Shown piece after piece: positions 37,304 through 47,345 of a DNA stretch of 64,000 bases (position 1 is the stretch's first letter; each line of letters starts with the position of its first letter). A program made the position numbers and the translations under genes. The notes below the pieces were generated by a model, which saw nothing but the letters and a program-made list of their open reading frames with translations, had not been told where the DNA came from and searched no databases. The stretch comes from Bdellovibrionota bacterium. Its GTDB lineage: Bacteria > Bdellovibrionota_G > JALEGL01 > DATDPG01. Location: assembly GCA_963668355.1 (NCBI GenBank), contig OY764265.1, positions 1,984,001-2,048,000 of the forward strand, given 5' to 3'.

Positions 37304-39532
37304 TTAAAGACTGGAGGGAGATTCGTTCGAGGAGGTGTGCTCCTGGGGAAGAATCCACGATACGGCCGAAGGATCCAGTTCGATGATGACTTTCTGTACC
37401 TCTGGAGGCAGTTGTCGGGCAAGTGCCTGGTCCAGCACAAAAACAAGATTCTTTGACACAAAAAGACGATGTTCCATCTTGCGGGGGTCAAAACGAACAA
37501 AGAGGAGATCTTTCGTGGAGAAATCGATGGGCGTTCCATCTTTGGTGGCATGGATCGTCTTTTCTTCCATGGGAATATTGCTAAGGAACTTTGTTTTAAA
37601 AGCCTCTTCTACCGTTCGAGGGCGCTCCTCTTCTTGAGTGATTACTTCCGTGGGATGAGTCACCCACCAGTAGCTGAATCCAATGCCTAGCAAAAGAACG
37701 ATAGTCCAAAACAATTGAGTCCCTTTATCTGCCGGAGTAGCTTTTGGAATCACGGTGGATTCGGCTGTGGTGGCCGAAGAAATCAATGATTTCATGCGGT
37801 TTCGGAGACCTGCTGGAATGGTCTCCAAGGCAAGTACAGCCTTATGATTTGCAGTAATTCGCTCAATTCTTCCTCGCAACGCAATAGAGGTGGGACGTTT
37901 CGACAAGCTGAGGCCCGCTCTCGCAATTTCCAAACGAACATTTACAACCATGTCTTTTTGAAAACGAACATCCTTGGGCAGAATCAAAATATTATGCTTG
38001 ATATCTCTCAGGTAGATTTGAGAGAACTCGGCAGGAGATTTAAGGGAGAGGGTTTTTTTGATGGTCTCAGGCGCTTTTGAGGAGGGCGTTGCGAGTGGGG
38101 GAGTCTCCTTTTCTTCCTGAGAAGAAAGGTACTTTTGAATGGCCAATTTGTGTCGAGGGTGAATCGAGGAAAACTGTAAATTAAATTCTTTATTGGTTCC
38201 CCGGGAAATATGACAGGAGACATCAAACATTTCACGGCTTTTGTCGGGATAAATTAGGCGAAGTGTGATGGTTCCTTCGGTGGCGTTTTCCGGCAAACTT
38301 GTGTTTTTCAAGGTCGCGCCAACTTCGCAGAGGGACGTAATGGAACCAGAACTATATACATCATCGACAAGCACGTTGACGGAAAGGGGAGGGTCACATG
38401 CAATCAGCTCTTGCCCTAGAATTTCAGGAAGCTCTGTAGAACTGATTTGCGTAACAATTTGTTCCCAGTTCTTTCTAGAAAACTCATCTCGAAGATCTAG
38501 TTGAATGCCCATCCCCGTTTCCAGGCGGCGGGCGATGGTCCCTTTTAACACCATCTTGGGCGGGATGCCGGGAAGGGATGAGACCAAGGTGAAGGAGATT
38601 TGTGACGATACGTCCAGGGGCGGAGGGGCTTCGATAAATATTCCCGTTGAGCTGATGTCTCGAATCGCTGCAGGTTGGCCAGCTCCAAGATCGGCTTGAA
38701 CCAGGCTGTTCTCGATATTGTATCGAGGAACTTGTCGGGTTTCGTCAACGGAATTTGAAGGGTCCTGCGTTGTTTCTTTGGGGGGGGGAGTCGTTGAAGC
38801 CGGGTTTGCATTCGAAGGGATTTTTTGAGTGGTCTGCAAGGCTTGAAAACGAGCTTTGAATTCCGAAGATTCTTTCAGTAGCTGTTCAAAAGCCGAACTG
38901 GAAAGCGAAAAAATATGGCAAGTGGTGATGGGCTGTGCATAGGAAAATTCCCCCACGCCCAAAAAATGATCTACGGGACCAAAAACATAACCCGACGTAA
39001 TCTCGTCGATGGCTTTCCCCGTTTTTCCCTTTTCTCGCTCCACCTGAAGTTTGCCTTGGAGAACCAGGTTCCAGAACCCCAGCCCGTTGGGATGGTCTGA
39101 ACTCATCTTCTCTCCCGCTTTTTGCACCCGATGCTTTCCGTGTTGAATGACGCACTGTAAAGACTCGGAAGAAAGGGGAAAAAGAAAAGCAGAATCTCGA
39201 AGCAAATCCTCCGTGACTTGGAAGGGGGCTTCAGTGGAGGAAGGTTTTAAAAGATTTTGAAAGCGCTCATCTTCTTCGGTCCAGGTCTTTACGTGTTGGA
39301 GTGCTTTCTGGAGTTCCTCTCGTCTTCCAGATGCGTCTAAGTCGAGAGAGGCCTGGGAAAACAGATTGTAGGCCTCTTCTTTCATTTCAACCCTTGCATA
39401 CAAAACAGCCATTTTGATTTGGGCTTTCTTTGGGATTTTTTCAGGGGGGATCGAGCCCAGGATTTTTTGCGCTTGACTGATTTTTCCCTCCGAAATGAGG
39501 GATGTGATCTCATGTAAGGATACTTTCGCCAT
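37304..39532 (-). CDS. TPR-like, cNMP-binding-like and multiple PilZ domains with a TM segment
   Basis: FLFPLSSESL...VLQGKLQV...GYVFG; RQVPR and DISSTG; LKSPAEFSQIY; TM LFWTIVLLLGIGFSYWW. Confidence 0.7.
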   Translation of the reverse strand: MAKVSLHEITSLISEGKISQAQKILGSIPPEKIPKKAQIKMAVLYARVEMKEEAYNLFSQASLDLDASGRREELQKALQHVKTWTEEDERFQNLLKPSSTEAPFQVTEDLLRDSAFLFPLSSESLQCVIQHGKHRVQKAGEKMSSDHPNGLGFWNLVLQGKLQVEREKGKTGKAIDEITSGYVFGPVDHFLGVGEFSYAQPITTCHIFSLSSSAFEQLLKESSEFKARFQALQTTQKIPSNANPASTTPPPKETTQDPSNSVDETRQVPRYNIENSLVQADLGAGQPAAIRDISSTGIFIEAPPPLDVSSQISFTLVSSLPGIPPKMVLKGTIARRLETGMGIQLDLRDEFSRKNWEQIVTQISSTELPEILGQELIACDPPLSVNVLVDDVYSSGSITSLCEVGATLKNTSLPENATEGTITLRLIYPDKSREMFDVSCHISRGTNKEFNLQFSSIHPRHKLAIQKYLSSQEEKETPPLATPSSKAPETIKKTLSLKSPAEFSQIYLRDIKHNILILPKDVRFQKDMVVNVRLEIARAGLSLSKRPTSIALRGRIERITANHKAVLALETIPAGLRNRMKSLISSATTAESTVIPKATPADKGTQLFWTIVLLLGIGFSYWWVTHPTEVITQEEERPRTVEEAFKTKFLSNIPMEEKTIHATKDGTPIDFSTKDLLFVRFDPRKMEHRLFVSKNLVFVLDQALARQLPPEVQKVIIELDPSAVSWILPQEHTSSNESPSSL

Positions 39533-39651
39533 GAAATAGGTTCATGATGATACCTTTCTGCGTTGGTTAATTATAGAAATAATTAATGTTCAGCTGCTTC
39601 TTTTGTGATGATACAATGAACCCCTCAAGACAGGAGTGGTATCCCCGAGAG

Positions 39652-40299
39652 ATGAACATCTTTACGACATCAGATTCTTACAGGCTTCGTGTTTGGAGAA
39701 CCTCTTCGATTTTCCGCAAAAAACGTGGGTTTAGTATTTTGGAAATTTTGATTGCTTTGGTCATCATCACCACACTCATAGCTTTGGGGGGGCCGAAGCT
39801 TGCCAATATGCGCACTCGGCAAAGCCTTTCCAGTACTGTAGATGGGGTTGTGAACCTGTTGCAACGTATGCGGGCACAGGCCTTAGGGCGCACGGAGTTG
39901 ATGGGAGCTAAATTCGAGGCGGGGAAAGTATTCTCCTTTATGGATCTAAACACCAACGGGAGTTTTGACACGGGAATTGATCAGGTTTTGAGTTCCTACG
40001 AGTACAAAACCGGCGTTCTGGTGGCTTCGGGGTGTGGAAGCAATTCCATTGACCCAACCTCTCGCCCATATGTTTACATTGATGGCAAGGGGTTTGTGGG
40101 GGTCTATTCCGGTGGAGCCTTCACACATAAGAATTGGCAAATTTTCTTGTATCATCCTGATTTGGCCGATGGGAAGAAGTCCAGAGAAGTTGAGGCCCTT
40201 TCCAATGGATTGATTGAAAAAATTCGATTAGGCAATGCCGGACATGTGATTCCTAATCCGAAAGAGGCAAATAAGAATGGCCTTATTTGCGGTCCTTAG
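39652..40299 (+). CDS. Type IV prepilin-like protein, GspH/FimT family
   Basis: KKRG|FSILEILIAL N-methylation motif; LQRMRAQAL; DLNTNGSFD. The start is uncertain (track 39586). Confidence 0.78.
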   Translation: MNIFTTSDSYRLRVWRTSSIFRKKRGFSILEILIALVIITTLIALGGPKLANMRTRQSLSSTVDGVVNLLQRMRAQALGRTELMGAKFEAGKVFSFMDLNTNGSFDTGIDQVLSSYEYKTGVLVASGCGSNSIDPTSRPYVYIDGKGFVGVYSGGAFTHKNWQIFLYHPDLADGKKSREVEALSNGLIEKIRLGNAGHVIPNPKEANKNGLICGP

Positions 40300-40311
40300 C
40301 GTTTCTTAGCG

Positions 40312-42147
40312 GTGATGTCTGTAACTCCAGCCTCTCTCTCTCTTTCTTCAAGGCTTACCAGGTTCCTCTTGCTTCAGGCTGGCGTATTGCTGTTAGGGAC
40401 CGTTCTGGTCGGAATTGGAGGGGGCCTCTTTTTTAAAAGTACGTTGCACTCGATGTGGCAGGCTCGGTTCAAGACTGAAGCGCGATCGCTATGCGCAGTT
40501 CTTTCGGATGTTGTTCGGGATCAAGCCTCGCTCCTCGAAAGTGTTTCATATGATCCTTTGCTCCGGGTTTTTGATAAAACCATCGACTCGGGTACCCAAG
40601 AAAAGCTTTTAAGACTTCACAGGCGCTCTTTTTCAAAATTGGAATTTTTTCCAGCGGAAAACGTTGCATCTACTGACTCCCTGCTTCAAAAGGCCAGGCA
40701 GATGCCCGGACAGGTTGTGGTCGGGGATCTACCTTTTAAACAACGTCTAAACAGTAAAAAAGTTCGTTTTCTCATTTGCCAGGTTAGCGAGAAAGGAGTG
40801 GCCCTCGGGTGTTTGCAGGGAATTTTCCGATTAAACCTCCGCAAACAAATTCTCCGACAAAATCTTTTGGGATCCTTTCGTGTAGATCTGTTTAATCATG
40901 AAAAAAACAAATCTTCGGTTCAAATTTTTCCGTATCAATCGCAATATCTCAAGGAGTGGGTTTCCAAGGAGCTAGTAAAAATAGTAAAAGGAAAGACCCA
41001 AGAACCTTTCCAAGTGAATGATGATGTTTTTTTCTATGAGAGTCGCATCACAGATACGCCATGGACTGCGGCTGTTACGGCTCCCATCGAGGCCTTCCAG
41101 CAAGAAACCCAAGACATCGAACGCATCTTTTGGCTGATTTTGATTCCTGCGATGCTTCTCATGTTTCTTTTTAATTTTCAATACTTACGAAAGAAAGTTC
41201 TCATTCCGGCTGCTGAAATCGAAAATTATACGACAAAAATTTCAGCCGAATTCTCCGACGAAGATGCTTCTGTAAAAACATTGGGGCCCGACCTTGGTTT
41301 TTTGCGTAGCTATTTTCAAAAACTTCATCAACAAGTTCTTCAGTTTAAGGAATCCGAACAAAATTATCAGAACACGCTTCAAGCCGAAGTACATGCCATG
41401 ACCAAAGATCTCCAAGAACGGACAAAATCTTTGGAAGAAATGAACCGCAGGCGCGAAGAGGCTCAGACTCAGTTGATTCATGCCGAAAAGATGGCTGTGA
41501 CTTCTCGGTTAATTGCGGGCGTGGCGCATGAGATTCGTAATCCTCTGGCTTCGATGGCATTGGCGGTAGATAACCTTTTGGCAATGGGAAAGGGGAAGCG
41601 TACGCCTTCAGAGGAGAAATATCTGAAGATTCTTCGGGGAGATATTACGCGTCTTTCCGATTTGTTGACGCATGTATTGGAATTGAGTCGGCCTTCGAAA
41701 GATCGTTTCCAAGCCGCTTCCCTAAATGAAATCATCGAAGACGTTCTAAGAATGTTGGAATGGGAATGTACCGAAAAGGGAGTTGAAATAGAGCGTTGTC
41801 TCGACTCCTCGGTAAGCCAAATTGATTTATTGCGAGAAGACCTGAAGAATTGCTTCCTAAATTTGTTGAGAAATAGCTTGGAGGCCGTGGGCGACAAAGG
41901 AAGCGTGCGAATCGTGAGCCGCGAGGAACAGGATTGTATTAAGGTTTTGGTGATGGATTCGGGCCCGGGAATCTCTGAGTTACAGCGCACGAAAATCTTT
42001 GATATGTTTTATACGACCAAGGAAAAAGGAACGGGTTTGGGTCTCACTCAGGTCATGCAGGCCGTGAAGATGCATGGTGGAAATGTAAAGATCCTTGAGG
42101 GTGAGCTTAAAGGGGCCTGTTTTGAATTGAGCTTTCCAAAAAAATGA
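40312..42147 (+). CDS. Membrane sensor histidine kinase (NtrB/PilS-like)
   Basis: Two TM segments flanking a periplasmic domain; H-box AGVAHEIRNPL; NLLRNS, DSGPGI, FYTTKEKGTGLGL. Confidence 0.93.
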   Translation: MMSVTPASLSLSSRLTRFLLLQAGVLLLGTVLVGIGGGLFFKSTLHSMWQARFKTEARSLCAVLSDVVRDQASLLESVSYDPLLRVFDKTIDSGTQEKLLRLHRRSFSKLEFFPAENVASTDSLLQKARQMPGQVVVGDLPFKQRLNSKKVRFLICQVSEKGVALGCLQGIFRLNLRKQILRQNLLGSFRVDLFNHEKNKSSVQIFPYQSQYLKEWVSKELVKIVKGKTQEPFQVNDDVFFYESRITDTPWTAAVTAPIEAFQQETQDIERIFWLILIPAMLLMFLFNFQYLRKKVLIPAAEIENYTTKISAEFSDEDASVKTLGPDLGFLRSYFQKLHQQVLQFKESEQNYQNTLQAEVHAMTKDLQERTKSLEEMNRRREEAQTQLIHAEKMAVTSRLIAGVAHEIRNPLASMALAVDNLLAMGKGKRTPSEEKYLKILRGDITRLSDLLTHVLELSRPSKDRFQAASLNEIIEDVLRMLEWECTEKGVEIERCLDSSVSQIDLLREDLKNCFLNLLRNSLEAVGDKGSVRIVSREEQDCIKVLVMDSGPGISELQRTKIFDMFYTTKEKGTGLGLTQVMQAVKMHGGNVKILEGELKGACFELSFPKK

Positions 42148-43496
42148 AAAGAATGATCGAAATACTGGTCGTTGACGATGAGCCCAATATTCGCGAAGGG
42201 ATGAAAGATCTCTTGGCAGGAGAGGGGTTTTCTACCTGTACGGCGGCCAATGTCACAGATGCCAAGAAAATCCTGGAGGATCGCCCCATTGATGTTTTGA
42301 TTACGGATGTTCGGCTGGGTCAGGAAGACGGAATGAATCTTGCCTATTGGTCTCTGGAGAATCAAGCGCAAGTCTATGTCGTGATCATGACCGCTTATGG
42401 AACGGTTCACCAAGCGGTAGAAGCGCTAAAAAAAGGCGTTTATGACTATCTAACCAAACCCATCAAGTCCGAAGAACTTTTGGTTAAGCTTCATCGCATT
42501 CATGAACAAATTCACCTGAAGGATGAAGTTTCCGCCTTGAAAGAAAGCTCTGGTCAGTTACATCCTTCTCTGTGTGGCTCAAGTTCCGCAATGAAAATTG
42601 TGAACAGTTTTGTGCGTCGCGCGGCTCAGGTTTCCAGCAATGTCTTGTTGCTCGGAGATACCGGCACGGGAAAGACGCTTTTGGCCAAAGTGATCCACGA
42701 GTTGAGTCCACGTGCTGAAAATCCGTACGTTGCGGTGAATTGTGCCTCTCTGTCTCCGACGTTAATTGAAAGTGAGTTGTTCGGTCATGTCAAAGGCGCA
42801 TTCACGGGGGCTGAGAAAGACCGCATAGGAAAAATTTTAAAGGCTGACGGAGGAACGCTGTTCTTGGATGAGATTGGAAGTACATCTCCTGCCTTTCAAG
42901 CGAAACTCCTCAGTGTGTTACAGGAAAAATCATTCGAGCCGGTTGGAAGTGATCAAACGCATCGAGTGGATGTTCGAATCATCGCAGCGACCAATAGTGA
43001 TTTGGAGATGTCTGTGAAAGAAGGGCGCTTCAGAGAGGATCTTTATTATCGCTTGAAAGTCTTGTTCTGTGAATTACCTCCTTTGAAAGATCGTCGTGAC
43101 GATATCCCGGAATTGGCCCAGAGTCTTCTTCAAGAACTGAAAACCTCTGAAGGGAACGAGTTTTCTGCCTCCGCCTTGGCCGCTCTTATGTCTTATGAAT
43201 GGCCCGGAAACATTCGAGAACTTCGAAATGCTGTAGAGGTTGCTGTCGCATCCAGCGAAGGAAAAATGATTGAACCCCATCACTTGCCGTTTTGGGAGGG
43301 GGAAACGAATGATGAGGATTCCTCAGAGGGACTTTTTCACCAGACGGTGGCTCAAGTGGAGCGAGCTCTGTTGAGACAGACCCTCAAAACGGTCAAAGGA
43401 AGCATCTCCCAGGCTGCCGAATTGCTTGGGATGAACGAAAGGTCTTTACGCCGCAGGATTAGAACGCACAAACTCCGCCGTGAAGACTTCTTTTGA
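42144..43496 (+). CDS. Sigma54-dependent response regulator (NtrC/PilR family)
   Basis: Receiver domain (VVDDE, TD, KP); GDTGTGKT, ESELFGHVKGAFTGA, LFLDEI, WPGNIREL; Fis-type HTH. Confidence 0.95.
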   Translation: MKRMIEILVVDDEPNIREGMKDLLAGEGFSTCTAANVTDAKKILEDRPIDVLITDVRLGQEDGMNLAYWSLENQAQVYVVIMTAYGTVHQAVEALKKGVYDYLTKPIKSEELLVKLHRIHEQIHLKDEVSALKESSGQLHPSLCGSSSAMKIVNSFVRRAAQVSSNVLLLGDTGTGKTLLAKVIHELSPRAENPYVAVNCASLSPTLIESELFGHVKGAFTGAEKDRIGKILKADGGTLFLDEIGSTSPAFQAKLLSVLQEKSFEPVGSDQTHRVDVRIIAATNSDLEMSVKEGRFREDLYYRLKVLFCELPPLKDRRDDIPELAQSLLQELKTSEGNEFSASALAALMSYEWPGNIRELRNAVEVAVASSEGKMIEPHHLPFWEGETNDEDSSEGLFHQTVAQVERALLRQTLKTVKGSISQAAELLGMNERSLRRRIRTHKLRREDFF

Positions 43497-43519
43497 TCTT
43501 GAAGAGGTTTTTCTAAAAC

Positions 43520-43972
43520 CTAGGAATTTTTCTCTTTTAAGATCGCTTTGAGTTGATTGACTTTATCCGCAAAATCTTGAAGCTCGTCTCCTTTTCGAAG
43601 CTTAACATCCTTGGCTTCATAGTTTCCCTTGGAAAGCTCCTCGATCAAGTTTCCGATGGGAATGAGGGGTCCAACGATTTTGTGTGTGACATAAATGCCA
43701 AATAGATAAACCGCAGCACATCCCATGACCACGGTCGCTGTAAGGGAGATGATGAGCATTCTTAATTGGCTTTGGTAGGCCTGTGTCATGGCTTCATCTA
43801 AAAAAACAGGAGCTTTCTCAGAGACAGAGAGATAGGTGAACACTCCAAACACAACCGTTAGTATGATCATGATTCCAACCAGCTTTGAGACGATTCTCAA
43901 CTGCATGGAAGGAAAAACCAAAAACGTTGTTCTTCGGTTTTTGTTTTTTTTCTTTTCTTCAATTTCAGCCAT
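43520..43972 (-). CDS. Small 2-TM HAMP-like membrane protein
   Basis: Two TM segments, then THKIVGPL...LSKGNY....LRKGDELQDFADKVN. Confidence 0.7.
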   Translation of the reverse strand: MAEIEEKKKNKNRRTTFLVFPSMQLRIVSKLVGIMIILTVVFGVFTYLSVSEKAPVFLDEAMTQAYQSQLRMLIISLTATVVMGCAAVYLFGIYVTHKIVGPLIPIGNLIEELSKGNYEAKDVKLRKGDELQDFADKVNQLKAILKEKNS

Positions 43973-44009
43973 AACGATTTATACCTCCCTGTCTTCGTTG
44001 GAGATCGGA

Positions 44010-45701
44010 TTATTCTTCAATGATATGTCCGACTCGGGTGAGCATGCTCGGAACAAACACACCAAGACCGTCAATGGAATTGGGGTCAAAACTTGTGAAG
44101 GTTCCACCCGTACAACTTCCCCCATCGGCTCGGATGGCTCCTAAGAGCATCCCACGTCCTGCGATCATGGCACCATTGATGAAGTTCGATTTATTCCGAG
44201 GCGTTTGCCAATGCTCGATTTCAATGAATCCGGGGGAGTACACGGTCCCACTTGCGTTGATTCCGCCTTCGATATCAAAGATGCTATCTTGATACATAAT
44301 CGCCGGGAAATCCTCATCTGCGCTAAAGGGAGCGAAATCTGAGCCTAGATCGATTCCGATGGGACTTTTCCCAGAAGCCGGAATGGTCGTTGACCAGGCC
44401 ACCTCATACGGACTATCACTTCCCGTCGGATTGAACGTTCCGGCCTCTGCGGCAGCTTTAAAGGCCAAGAAATCCATGTGGTCCAGGTCGGTGCTTCCCG
44501 TAACCGGTCCAACAATGGGATTTACATTGATGGGCACTTCAAGAGCGATTTTAAACGCTCTTTGTTCTTCCGCATTGCTAAAGCCATTTAGGCCCAGAGC
44601 AAACGTCCCGACGACGTTGAGACTTCCGCTGCCACTGTTGACGGTGTGCAAGGTGGTGGAGTCCAAGCAGCCTTCTCCTTTGTGAAGATCCACATAAACG
44701 ATTCCGGTTTGTGGGTCTTCGGTGTTGATGACATTGCTCTCAAAATCACACCAGGATGAGTAATAATTGCCGGTGGCAACCGCAGCGGCTTTGTAGCGCT
44801 CAAACTGGAAGAGGGCGGGCTTATCGCCATTGAAAATATTGGGGTCTTCAATGGTGTGGTTAAAGCTCGCGGCCTGCTCAGCTGGAGTTTGAACCGTCGG
44901 TGTTCCGTCCACATTGATGATGGTCGTTGCGTCCCCCCTCGTGAGGTCGATGGACATATTGAGCGATTTATTCTGCCAATTCTTGAAAGACGTGGTGGTT
45001 TGTACGGGATGGGCATAGCCTCCACGTCCATTATCAATGACATAGCCTCCCCAGCCTCCAGCACAACACGTCGCTGGATTACAACCCGTTGGAGCTGTTG
45101 GGGTAGGTGTGGGGGTTGGCGTTGGAGAAGGTGATGGTTCTGGGGTGGGTGTTGGCGTCGGAGTTGGGATCCCCAGGCTGTTTTCACAGTAGTTCGTACA
45201 TGCGTCGTTATAGTTGGCTTGACAGGTGCTTCTGGCTTGCTGGCATCGGTCCCGACAAGCTTGATAGCCGTTTTCAACCCACACCGGCCATCCGAAATTG
45301 TAACTGGAGTTGAGGCAGACCTGTTCATCGCTGTTGCAGTCGTTGTTGCAGTCGGCCTTGGCATCCAAACAATCCTGACGGCAAGCGCTCACGTCTTTTC
45401 CGGAGCAGGAATAATAACATGCCGAGTAGGTGTTCAAACAACTCGTATTGCACGAATCTTCTTGGTTCTGACAATGGTTTAAAATGGAACTGCACTGTCC
45501 ATAACAGGATTGCATTTGGTTGTTACAAGATGTGCTGTTTTGACCGCAACACGTGTTGCAGTGGTACAAATGATGTGGGGAAGAGTACCCGGTCCAGTCG
45601 CAGGCACGTGAAAACGTTGGGGTTGTAGCCTGGGCAGGAATGCTCGCCAGAAAGCCAACGGTCAAAAAGAAAGCAAAAACTAAGAAATTTCTTTTATGCA
45701 T
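44010..45701 (-). CDS. Secreted protein: Cys-rich domain, Pro/Thr linker and beta-rich C-terminal domain (putative pilus-associated adhesin)
   Basis: Signal peptide ending IPAQA; 22 Cys in about 140 aa; PTPTP linker; follows the PilX-like gene. Start ATG 45701 after AAGGAG. Confidence 0.6.
   Translation of the reverse strand: MHKRNFLVFAFFLTVGFLASIPAQATTPTFSRACDWTGYSSPHHLYHCNTCCGQNSTSCNNQMQSCYGQCSSILNHCQNQEDSCNTSCLNTYSACYYSCSGKDVSACRQDCLDAKADCNNDCNSDEQVCLNSSYNFGWPVWVENGYQACRDRCQQARSTCQANYNDACTNYCENSLGIPTPTPTPTPEPSPSPTPTPTPTPTAPTGCNPATCCAGGWGGYVIDNGRGGYAHPVQTTTSFKNWQNKSLNMSIDLTRGDATTIINVDGTPTVQTPAEQAASFNHTIEDPNIFNGDKPALFQFERYKAAAVATGNYYSSWCDFESNVINTEDPQTGIVYVDLHKGEGCLDSTTLHTVNSGSGSLNVVGTFALGLNGFSNAEEQRAFKIALEVPINVNPIVGPVTGSTDLDHMDFLAFKAAAEAGTFNPTGSDSPYEVAWSTTIPASGKSPIGIDLGSDFAPFSADEDFPAIMYQDSIFDIEGGINASGTVYSPGFIEIEHWQTPRNKSNFINGAMIAGRGMLLGAIRADGGSCTGGTFTSFDPNSIDGLGVFVPSMLTRVGHIIEE
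45099..45168 (-). repeat. Coding low-complexity Pro-Thr linker
   Basis: Encodes PTPTPTPTPEPSPSPTPTPTPTP. Confidence 0.8.
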
Positions 45702-45748
45702 AACGATTCTCCTTCGAAGAAACAAACGGGAGGCTTTTTTTGACGGTT

Positions 45749-46351
45749 TTAGGGAGCATTGAACACTCCTGACTGAATTCCTGATCCCGGAGAGCCGAGA
45801 ACAGCCTGAATCACCAATTTAACTTGTTTTGTACATCGTCCAGACGTGGCACGTGAATGAATGGTCGCCATATTGGGTCCGGGAGTATTGGCCTCAGCCC
45901 AGACAAAGGCTTCATCATCGGAGGTGATGAAGAGCTGAATGGCGTCGTCCACGGAGACGTTGTCTTCATCTGGAATATTCTTGTTCTTCCCAAAGAGTTG
46001 GTAGAAGTCGGCAATATTATTGTTGTCGATGTCAAAGATCTTGGTCCCCCACGTGTCGATGGCATCCGTGGGAAGATCATCAAAGATTCCATCGTTGTTT
46101 GTGTCAGGACTTTCTTTGAGGGCAAAGAAAATCCGATCGATGCCTGCATCCGCATTGTTCAAAGCGCGTTGGCAAAGAACATAGTCAGTGGTTGTTTTGA
46201 TGCGTTGCGTGGACAGGTAGGAGCTTCCTACGGCAATCACGGTTCCGATGAATACGATGAGCAAGACGGTCCAGAGATAAGCGCCTCGATCCGATTTTAG
46301 ATGGTTGAAATGTATTTTTGATCGATTCTTCATAAGTATATTCCTCATCAC
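45749..46351 (-). CDS. PilX N-terminal-like minor pilin
   Basis: SDRG|AYLWTVLLIV (no Glu at +5, as in PilX/GspK); RALNNADAGI; ATIHSRA. Confidence 0.75.
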   Translation of the reverse strand: MMRNILMKNRSKIHFNHLKSDRGAYLWTVLLIVFIGTVIAVGSSYLSTQRIKTTTDYVLCQRALNNADAGIDRIFFALKESPDTNNDGIFDDLPTDAIDTWGTKIFDIDNNNIADFYQLFGKNKNIPDEDNVSVDDAIQLFITSDDEAFVWAEANTPGPNMATIHSRATSGRCTKQVKLVIQAVLGSPGSGIQSGVFNAP

Positions 46352-46941
46352 AGAAGTAGGTTCCTCGGGACAAAGCTTTCAGAAGCGCTGAGGATCTTCC
46401 AAGAGATGGGATTGCTACTGGGATCCATGCCTTCCGATTTAAACACAACTTCAATTCCGATTTTTCGAATTTGACCCAAATTGGCGGTCGTATTTCCATT
46501 GATGTCGAAGTATCTGAGTGTGAGGGATTCCAGGTGGGTAGCCAGGGGAAAATAGGCACCACTGCTTTCATCACTCACGGCTCGTTCAAAGACGTCATTG
46601 TTTTTACGATAAGAGACGGTCTCCAGAGCGTTGTCTTCATCAATATCTCCGATAAAAGAGAATTGCTCTGCTCCGGCCAGGGTGATGTATGGGTTGCTGG
46701 TCCCTAATCCCTGTGGGTCGTAGCCTAAATACCGGATGTCGCTTCGCATTCGACTCAGGGCCACTTGGACACGTTCTTCGATGCGGGATTTCATGCCCTC
46801 CACGGATAATCGCCGGCTGCCCTCTAAGGAAAAGCGAAGTACGAAAGCAAAGCCGACACTCGCAATCAAGAGGGCGATCAAGATTTCCACAAAGGAGAAT
46901 CCGCGGGGTTTTGAAGACAAAATTCGTGGCTGGATGTTCAT
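46348..46941 (-). CDS. PilW-like minor pilin
   Basis: PRG|FSFVEILIAL; MRSDIRYLGYDP; ends in PRNL. Confidence 0.8.
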   Translation of the reverse strand: MNIQPRILSSKPRGFSFVEILIALLIASVGFAFVLRFSLEGSRRLSVEGMKSRIEERVQVALSRMRSDIRYLGYDPQGLGTSNPYITLAGAEQFSFIGDIDEDNALETVSYRKNNDVFERAVSDESSGAYFPLATHLESLTLRYFDINGNTTANLGQIRKIGIEVVFKSEGMDPSSNPISWKILSASESFVPRNLLL

Positions 46942-46943
46942 TT

Positions 46944-47330
46944 TTAGTCCGTCCCCAAAATGCTCGCATATCTTAAAAAGCGAGCGTCGGTTAATGGTGC
47001 TTGGGCAAATTTAACCTCCACAATGACGGTGGTTAGTCCGACAGAGGGTTGGTTGGTATACACTTGCCAAGATCGGGTCATTCCCTCCAGGGTATCCTCA
47101 CCTGAAGCAATGGTTTTTCCGGCTTTGAGATCCAATCGGAGATTCTCAATTTTATCCTGAATGACACTCGTGGCCTTGACCCGGAGTTTGTTTGCCCCAT
47201 TTGTACGAATGGTGTGGACGGTAAGAGCTGTCGTTCCCAATGCTGCAATGGAAAAAATTACCAGAACGACCATGACTTCGATCAAGGTAAAAGCATGAGA
47301 ATTCTGACGTAACGATCTTTTTGCGCCCAT
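46944..47330 (-). CDS. PilV-like minor pilin
   Basis: SHA|FTLIEVMVVLVIFSIAALG; QDKIENLR; TRSWQV. Confidence 0.8.
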   Translation of the reverse strand: MGAKRSLRQNSHAFTLIEVMVVLVIFSIAALGTTALTVHTIRTNGANKLRVKATSVIQDKIENLRLDLKAGKTIASGEDTLEGMTRSWQVYTNQPSVGLTTVIVEVKFAQAPLTDARFLRYASILGTD

Positions 47331-47345
47331 GTTAACCCCTAAAAC

